DNA of 64,000 nucleotides from a bacterium (GTDB lineage Bacteria; Chloroflexota; Dormibacteria; Aeolococcales; Bog-877): NCBI GenBank assembly GCA_021827985.1, contig JAKATL010000006.1, positions 18,944 to 82,943 of the forward strand, read 5' to 3'. Shown piece by piece: positions 57,937 to 64,000 of this stretch (position 1 is its first letter; each line of letters starts with the position of its first letter). The notes under the pieces were generated by a model. It saw only the letters and a program-made list of their open reading frames with translations, ran no database searches and was not told where the DNA came from. The position numbers and the translations under genes were made by a program.

Positions 57937-58953
57937 ATGGCGGGGAGCCCGGACAGGATCGACCAGCTGATGGAGCAGATCCTCACCGATGCCTACACCG
58001 ATGAGGAGCAGCTCGAGGCCATGGTGACTGCCGTCGCCGACCTCCTCCCGACCAGAGGAGGGGTCCGGGTCAACGGTCGCCCGGCCATCCTCGTGGACGT
58101 CGACACCGACGGCTGGCCCGCCCATCCCTTTGTCACCTACCGCCAGGCCGGGCGCACGCTCCGGGCGTCGCTTCTGTCGGTGGAGGCGGCGCCCGCTTCC
58201 CGCCTCGCCGACGTCCTGGCCGCCTACCGCCGCTGGGCCGGACTGAAGGGGATGCCCCGTCAGGTCGGGGAGAGCGCTGGGAGGGCCAGGGAGGAGTGGA
58301 CCTATCCGCTGCGCACCCGGCCCCAGAGTGCCCGGGCTGCCCGCCTTGCGGAGCGGCTCAGGGCTAGGCCTCTCCGGCTCCAGTTCATGGGGATGTGGAA
58401 GCCCGAGGACGAGTACTGGGACGAGCCGGAAGATGAGCTGGAGCCGGACTTCGAGGAGATCATTGAAGCGGGACCGCGGCCCGCGTGCGAGATGGAGCAG
58501 GTGCTTCCCGGCTCCGATCCCCGGGATCCCGACGATGACATCGTTCTCAGCGCCGAGCTGGCGAGGGCGGGCAGGCGCCGCGAGGCTCGGGAGCTGCTGC
58601 GGGAGCTGCTGGCCCGCGACCAGCGCTGCATCGACGCCCACGCCCACCTGGGGAACCTGGTCTTCGCCCGCGACCCCGGCTCAGCCCTGGTCCACTACCA
58701 GACCGGTGCCGCGATCGGTGAGCAGGCCCTGCCGCCGCGATACACCGGCCTGCTTCCCTGGGGCCTCATCGACAACCGCCCCTTCCTGAGATCCCTCCAT
58801 GGGATGGGGCTCTGCCTCTGGCGCCGGGGCCAAATGAATGAGGCGGAGACCTGTTTCCGCACCCTGCTGTGGCTGAGCCCGTCGGACGCGCAGGGGGCCC
58901 GGTTCAACCTGCAACAGGTGCGCTCCGGGGCCGCCTGGGCGCGCGACCCCTGA
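57937..58953 (+). CDS. hypothetical protein with C-terminal TPR-like helices
   Basis: 338-aa ORF with balanced composition. An acidic middle region is followed by TPR-like 'ARELLRELLARDQRCIDAHAHLGNLVF...GQMNEAETCFRTLLWLSPSD'. Confidence 0.5.
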   Translation: MAGSPDRIDQLMEQILTDAYTDEEQLEAMVTAVADLLPTRGGVRVNGRPAILVDVDTDGWPAHPFVTYRQAGRTLRASLLSVEAAPASRLADVLAAYRRWAGLKGMPRQVGESAGRAREEWTYPLRTRPQSARAARLAERLRARPLRLQFMGMWKPEDEYWDEPEDELEPDFEEIIEAGPRPACEMEQVLPGSDPRDPDDDIVLSAELARAGRRREARELLRELLARDQRCIDAHAHLGNLVFARDPGSALVHYQTGAAIGEQALPPRYTGLLPWGLIDNRPFLRSLHGMGLCLWRRGQMNEAETCFRTLLWLSPSDAQGARFNLQQVRSGAAWARDP

Positions 58954-59834
58954 GGGCGTGGGTCGCCGGGATCGGACCGGCCTCTTGGTGCTGGTGAGAG
59001 CTCCCCGATCCGGCCCCTGCCCGCGGAAGAGATGGTCACCTCGGGAACGGTTGCCGGATTCCGGGCCCCTCGTCCCAATCGGCTTACCCTGGGTGCGCCG
59101 GCCGGGACCGGCCAGGTGGCGGTGGGCGGGCGCGCTCAAATGACCGACCGAGCGGCGGGCTCTGCCAGCCGCCAGGTGACCGGTCATCCCGCGGCGCAGG
59201 GCGCGGCCGCCCTGGGCACCAAGCAGCCCAACGTGGCTTGTCTGGAGCGGGGAGGTGTGGATCCCAAGCACGTCAGCCTGGCGCGGTGCGCCGGCCTGGT
59301 GGTGTGGCGCATCACTCTGGAGCCGCTCCTGGAGCCAGCGCCCCGGGGGGCTCGTGCCGGGCCCCGCTGCCGCAGATCGTCTGGCGGCTGACTGGCCGAG
59401 TTGCGCGACACGGCCGGCACCGGCGAGTCCATGGACCAAGGCGTAAAGCCGCAAAAGGTCCCCTCGCGGCCGGTGACCCGGCGCCCGGCGGTGCGTCCCC
59501 CGCCCGGGGCGGAGCCGGGCCCGGAATACGAGGAAGCCTTCGAGGAGTGGGAGAGGTCGGGCCATGCCCTGGCCTGGGACCAGACCTCTGGCGACGGGAT
59601 CCTTCCCGATGCTCCGGGTTGAGATCTGCCCATCCATTCACGCGGGGACCCCAGCTGCCACAGAGGATCCGATCGGCACCTGAACCAGCCCCGGGGAAGA
59701 CCGAACCGGATGGCGGTGGACGGTGAGGTGGCGCCACCTGGCCGGCGATGACAGAGGGAGCGTCAGGAGCGCGGGGCGCTTGGGAGCCGCTCGAGATCGC
59801 CAGGGCGGCCACTCTCGCATGAGGCCACAACCCC

Positions 59835-60260
59835 TCAGCTCGGAAAGAGGCGGTAACCCCTACTTTCGGCTGCGGTCCGGAGGGCCTGGTCCCAACAGGC
59901 GAACCAGTCGACCACCTCGGGTGGTCCCAAGAGGACCAGGGCCGCCAGGTGGACTGCGTCGTAGCCCAAAAGCTCATCCTCCTCCGCCAGGTCGCCGGCC
60001 TGCTGGATCAAGGTGGCGTCGACAAAAAGCCGTGACGTGGCAGCCCAGACCCGCTCCACCTGGTTCTTCGCCGCGGCAAACTGGGGTGGTAGAAGGCGCC
60101 CATCCCGGTAGGCCGCCGCCAGCGCTGAGCGCAATTCCACATAGGCGATGCCGGCGCTCACCAGCACAGTGGCGCTCGCCTCCAGACCCGTCATCTCCGC
60201 TGAGCCGGGCTCCCGCAGAACCAGCTTCCAAAGGGCACTGGTGTCCGCGTAGACGATCAG
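59835..60260 (-). CDS. PIN-domain toxin (VapC-like) lacking a canonical start codon
   Basis: The frame reads '(L)IVYADTSALWKLVLREPGSAEMTGLEA...IAYVELRSAL...LLGYDAVHLAAL', a full PIN domain. The position where Met is expected is CTG, overlapping the Phd stop. The first ATG is 22 codons in, which would remove the first conserved Asp. Confidence 0.6.
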   Translation of the reverse strand: MIVYADTSALWKLVLREPGSAEMTGLEASATVLVSAGIAYVELRSALAAAYRDGRLLPPQFAAAKNQVERVWAATSRLFVDATLIQQAGDLAEEDELLGYDAVHLAALVLLGPPEVVDWFACWDQALRTAAESRGYRLFPS

Positions 60261-60601
60261 CGGCGCTGCTCCCGGACGTAGTCGGCGGCCGACTTGGGCC
60301 CGGTCAACTCCGCCACGGGGACCAGCCCCGTGTGGGGGCCCAGGCGAACCTCCAGCCGGCCGGCGGCAACCAGATCCTGGATAGGGCGGGGGAGTGGGGG
60401 CTCAGGGTAGGCGACGATCCTGGCCACGGGACGACCGTGGTCGGTGATCACGACCTCCTCCCCGTGGCTCGCCTTCCTGACCGCCCGGCTGAGGCTGCCG
60501 TCCTTCAGTTCCCGGATCCCGTATCGGATAGTGGCCCCAATCCACCACTTGGTGGCCTCATTGAGCGTCCCCCCGAGGCGGCGCTTGCCGGGCCATCTCA
60601 T
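60257..60601 (-). CDS. Phd/YefM-family antitoxin
   Basis: 'IRELKDGSLSRAVRKASHGEEVVITDHGRPVARIVAY' is the Phd/YefM N-terminal fold. ~50-aa C-terminal tail. Confidence 0.7.
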   Translation of the reverse strand: MRWPGKRRLGGTLNEATKWWIGATIRYGIRELKDGSLSRAVRKASHGEEVVITDHGRPVARIVAYPEPPLPRPIQDLVAAGRLEVRLGPHTGLVPVAELTGPKSAADYVREQRR

Positions 60602-61658
60602 GGCGGGGGCGGTGAGGTCGGGTCGGGGCCGGCTTGCCAGCCCCGCTCAGCGCCAGGGCCGCGCTCCAGGCGGGTGCCAGGGCCCCGGGGCCAGGATGGA
60701 CCACTGCCCCCTTCTCCGATCGCTCCACGGGGTGGGCCTCTGCCTCTGGCGCCTCTCCTCCCCCTGGGGGAGGGCGGACCCTCAGCCGGGTTCCTCCTCC
60801 TCGTACCCGATGAGCCAGTGGAGGCCGTGGCGGTGGACCACCTGGCCGTCGTGGGCGCCCCAGGGCCGCCGCTGCAGCTCCGAGGCGATCCGCCCCCCCC
60901 GGGCCAGCCGCTGGAACCACCCCCTCAGGGTGGCCGGGTCGACGCCCAGCAGGGAGAACATCAGCCCCTGAGAGCGGAAGGGGGCTCATCCCCGGCGGCG
61001 CCCCTGGCCATGAGCTGGACCGGCCCCAAAGAGAGACCACCTCCGGCGATGGCGTCCGCCGGCCCATCGGTCCTTTGGAACTCCTGGAAGGTGGCCAGCT
61101 CCACGGTGCAGCCGAACACCTGCGCATGGAAGGTGAGCAGCTCCCGGGCGGTCCCGGGGCAGTGCAGGTGGGGTGCCCGCGGCGTGCCGTCCATCAGGGG
61201 GGCCCCCTCCCGGTGGGCCCGCCCAGCATCGGTCGCGGGGCGGCCATCTGCCCGGCCGGGTACCTCAGTCCCAGGGCCGGCCCGCTGCCCTCCCGCCCGG
61301 GGTCGCGGCTGGCCTCCGGCCAGCCGCGACCCCGGGTAAGTTGCGGCGGGTGGGGAAAGGAGAGCGTCTCCACTGCGGCGAGCCCCGGGATCTTCGCCGC
61401 CCCGCAGGCCCGGCTACTTCCCGCACCCCTCCCGGGTTGGGGCGCCCGCCGCTCCCGGTCCCCGAACGACCACATGTGACGAGCCAACCCTGCCGTCCCC
61501 GGCGGCCACGTGGCCATCCCTTGGTGCCGTCCAGCCACGGATGCCGCTACGAGCGTTTGTATATCTCTCGGCTATCCGCTATGCTATGTCCGTGACCTTG
61601 TTCAGGCCTGGGTGGCAAGCCTCATGGTCGAGCGCCGGGCCCGCGTGAGACTGGAGCG

Positions 61659-61964
61659 GTGGCCGGTGGCGGTCGGCCGGGCGCGGGCGCCCCGCTGCCC
61701 GAGTTCGAGTGGGACGAGAACAACGAGCCCAAGCTCCTGGAGCGCCACAATGTGTCGGCCCTGGAGGCGGAGCAATGCTTCGCCAACCGGAACACCCGGC
61801 GCCAGGGCCATGGTGGCGCCAACCTTCTGCTCGGTCGAACCGATGGGGGGCGCCTGTTGCTCCTGGTTTACGAGCAGCGGCGACACGGGATCGTGCGGGT
61901 CTACAGCGCCAGGGAGATGACCGAGAAGGAGCGCCGGGTATACCGGCGTGAGACCAATGGCTGA
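61659..61964 (+). CDS. brnT: BrnT toxin (DUF497, RelE-fold ribonuclease)
   Basis: 'EFEWDENNEPKLLERHNVSALEAEQCF...GRLLLLVYEQRRHGIVRVYSAREMTEKERRVY' matches the BrnT consensus. Confidence 0.75.
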   Translation: MAGGGRPGAGAPLPEFEWDENNEPKLLERHNVSALEAEQCFANRNTRRQGHGGANLLLGRTDGGRLLLLVYEQRRHGIVRVYSAREMTEKERRVYRRETNG

Positions 61965-62919
61965 CTTGGATGCGCACGAGCGGCTCCTGGACGAGGACTG
62001 GGGCGAGAAGTGGGACCAGCTGCCCGAGGCCCCAAACCTGGTGTACCGGCGTCCCAAGGCGGCCCAGATCACCCTTCGGGTGCCGGCCGGGACGCTTGGC
62101 GCCCTTCGCCGGGTGGCTCGGTCGAAGTCACTTCCGTACCACGCCCTGGCCCGATCCTGGATTGTGGACGGCCTGCGGGCGGGACAGCTGCCTACGGCCG
62201 CGGACCAGATCGAGGATGCCGAGACGGTTCGGTCCGCGGAGCAGCTGAACCTCAAAGTGGAGCCCGAGCTGCTTGACCAGCTGAAGCGCTTTTCGGATCG
62301 CGCCCGCAGGTCGTACCATCAGTTGGCTCGCCAATGGGTTAGATCGAGCCTCAGGCGCGAGCTGTCGGGACCCGCTTCCTTGCCACGTCTCAGCCTAAGG
62401 GAACTGATGCTCCTGCTTCTCGACGGCGATGGAGCCGACCACGACGCGGTCCGAGGGAGAACTCGGCTGCAGAAGCTGCTGTTCGTGATCCAACAGGAGC
62501 TGGATCAGGGGTCATCCACCTTTTACGCCTACAACTATGGCCCCTTCGACGAGAAGGTCATCGACAGCGCGGAAGCTCTCCGCGCGAACGGTTTCCTGAC
62601 CGGAGACCCGGGCGACGCCGCGCTGGCGTCCCCGCCGACATTCGATCAGATGATGGCCGTGGTCTCGAGGCGCTCCGGGCCGCGCGGCGGCCGCGAGCCT
62701 GAAGTCTTTCAGCTCAGTGCGGCGGGCCGCCAGCGGGCCCGGCGCCTGCGCCAGTCCAGCCCCGAGTACGAGCGGCTCCATGCCAGGGTTCAGGCCTTGC
62801 GGCAGGAATGGGACAAGGGCGACCTGCTGGAGCGCGTCTACGAGAGGTTCCCCGAGATGACGCAGAAGTCATTGATCAAGGCCGAGGTCGCATCACGTCG
62901 CCACCATCGGGGAGCTTGA
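61957..62919 (+). CDS. fusion antitoxin: two tandem BrnA-like ribbon-helix-helix domains plus C-terminal Panacea (SocA/DUF4065-like) domain
   Basis: BrnA-1 is 'PKAAQITLRVPAGTLGALRRVARSKSLPYHALARSWIVDGL'. BrnA-2 is 'NLKVEPELLDQLKRFSDRARRSYHQLARQWVRSSL'. The Panacea domain is 'TRLQKLLFVIQQELDQGSSTFYAYNYGPFDEKVIDSAEALRANGFL'. Its start overlaps the brnT stop by 8 nt. Confidence 0.7.
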   Translation: MADLDAHERLLDEDWGEKWDQLPEAPNLVYRRPKAAQITLRVPAGTLGALRRVARSKSLPYHALARSWIVDGLRAGQLPTAADQIEDAETVRSAEQLNLKVEPELLDQLKRFSDRARRSYHQLARQWVRSSLRRELSGPASLPRLSLRELMLLLLDGDGADHDAVRGRTRLQKLLFVIQQELDQGSSTFYAYNYGPFDEKVIDSAEALRANGFLTGDPGDAALASPPTFDQMMAVVSRRSGPRGGREPEVFQLSAAGRQRARRLRQSSPEYERLHARVQALRQEWDKGDLLERVYERFPEMTQKSLIKAEVASRRHHRGA

Positions 62920-62920
62920 G

Positions 62921-64000
62921 ATGACCGCAGAGCCCTCGTTGGTCCACTACGTGAGAATCCGCCGGACTGAGGATCTCTCGTTCCTAGCGGCGGGAATGTG
63001 CGACGAGCTGCTCCTCAATGCGAACCAGCTCGAGAACAGTCCGGAGAGAACCTCGGCGCACCTGCGCGCCACCGGGTATCGCTACATGGTGGACCCCATG
63101 CTCTGGCGCTTCCAGGTCCCTGCCTGGTGGCAGAACGAGAGGGGGGAGCTGAAGCGCAACTACCGCCGCCTGGCGGCACATTACGGGGACGGGACCCGAG
63201 TCCCCCTCGGAGAGGGCCCGGCGCTGGAGACCGTGACCGAGCGGTCCGACTGGGAGCGAATCGCCGCCAACGTCGTCCACTACCAGAGGCAGCGCCTTAA
63301 TCTCCAGTGCCAGCTGGACCTGCTCGATGAGAGTCTGGCCCGTGAACTCAGACCGAGTCGCATCCTGGCGCCGGCACTGGTGCCCGACTCCGAGGCCGTC
63401 GACCGTGTCAACGCAATCCTGGTAGAGGCGGCGGCGGCCGCCGCCGGGGAGCGGGTCGTGGCGACCGTGATCATTCCAAGAGCGCGCTTGAACCCAGGAG
63501 GGGTTGAAGCGATTCTGAGGTCGGTCCCGCGGTTTGGCGTTTGTGGGTACTTCGTGTGGACCCCTGGGGCCACTGAGGATTGGGTGGTCGCCACACCGGA
63601 TGCGCTGCCAGCGCTGGTGGCGGCGATTCGGGACCTGGCCGCTGGTGGCGTGCCGGTGATCCAGGTGCAGCTCGGGTATACCGCCGCCGCCCTCTCCACC
63701 ATAGGCATGGCTGGGGTCTGCCACCATCTGGGGTGGATAGACTCGGGCGAATCGCCCCAGCAGAGTCGGGCCCGGCGACGCTCGCGGCGCACCTACGTCC
63801 CCGGCGTCCGCCGCACGATGCGCTTCGCCGATGCCGCTGGGTGTGGCCGACAGCTCGACGCCAATGCCTATTCGAGCGTGTACTGCGAGTGTTCGTTCTG
63901 CACCGGGATGCTGGCCAACGGTAACGACCCCCTGCAGCTGCTGTTGGAGGAGGAACTCGAGCCCTCCGGGGCGGCTCTGGTACCGACCGGGCGGGCAGTC
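62921..64000 (+). CDS. hypothetical protein, 3'-partial (runs off the window), CxCxxC motif
   Basis: ATG 1 nt after the upstream stop. An open frame of at least 360 codons reaches the window edge. It contains 'YSSVYCECSFCTGML', a CxCxxC zinc-knuckle reminiscent of the tRNA-guanine transglycosylase superfamily. No other motif is recognised. Confidence 0.5.
   Translation, partial: MTAEPSLVHYVRIRRTEDLSFLAAGMCDELLLNANQLENSPERTSAHLRATGYRYMVDPMLWRFQVPAWWQNERGELKRNYRRLAAHYGDGTRVPLGEGPALETVTERSDWERIAANVVHYQRQRLNLQCQLDLLDESLARELRPSRILAPALVPDSEAVDRVNAILVEAAAAAAGERVVATVIIPRARLNPGGVEAILRSVPRFGVCGYFVWTPGATEDWVVATPDALPALVAAIRDLAAGGVPVIQVQLGYTAAALSTIGMAGVCHHLGWIDSGESPQQSRARRRSRRTYVPGVRRTMRFADAAGCGRQLDANAYSSVYCECSFCTGMLANGNDPLQLLLEEELEPSGAALVPTGRAV

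Noticed and set aside
1-64000. CRISPR arrays, rRNA operons and integrase/att sites
   Set aside because: No spaced direct-repeat array, no rRNA-like conserved blocks and no tyrosine or serine recombinase motifs were seen anywhere in the window.

Overview
High-GC (~70%) bacterial chromosomal segment; gene content and high-GC usage resemble an actinobacterium, but the taxon cannot be assigned from sequence alone. No rRNA, tRNA or CRISPR array was recognised. Many long ORFs in the six-frame track are antisense or alternative-frame artefacts of GC-rich coding DNA and were discarded. Positions 1-24,000 are a conserved, housekeeping-type block: a GNAT-like protein, an R3H/AAA+ ATPase, tmk plus a DarA/YaaQ-like PII-fold cyclic-di-AMP receptor, a MoxR-DUF58-transglutaminase triad with an MBL-fold hydrolase, a ThiO-like FAD oxidase, CHAD plus Ppx/GppA, a SixA-like phosphatase, a histidine-kinase/PhoU/OmpR-regulator cluster, an ABC-2 exporter, MsrA, malic enzyme, a BNR beta-propeller protein with a coupled MoaD-like GG protein, an ECF sigma factor and a GNAT. 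Positions 24,000-46,000 are accessory: PiT plus DUF47 phosphate uptake, an APH-family kinase, a solitary HNH endonuclease, a minus-strand sugar-acid catabolic locus (TRAP DctPQM, FGGY kinase, FucI-like isomerase, DapA-family aldolase) with a divergent LacI regulator, and secreted phosphoesterase and GH99-like enzymes. The most notable element sits here: a small cytoplasmic C3/VIP2-class ADP-ribosyltransferase followed on the same strand by two tandem DraG-like ADP-ribosylglycohydrolases. This looks like a candidate reversible ADP-ribosylation or toxin-immunity module. Positions 46,700-64,000 are a decayed mobile/defence island. It holds VapBC, an IS1380-family element nested inside an IS630-family transposase gene with an adjacent deletion that also truncated a DinB-like gene, and an AbiEi antitoxin next to an AbiEii toxin killed by a nonsense codon plus a frameshift. 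It also holds a SEC-C/DUF2384-like protein divergent from a TM0106 RecB-like nuclease, a Phd plus PIN pair, gene fragments, and BrnT followed by an unusual BrnA-BrnA-Panacea fusion tightly coupled to an unknown downstream gene that runs off the window.
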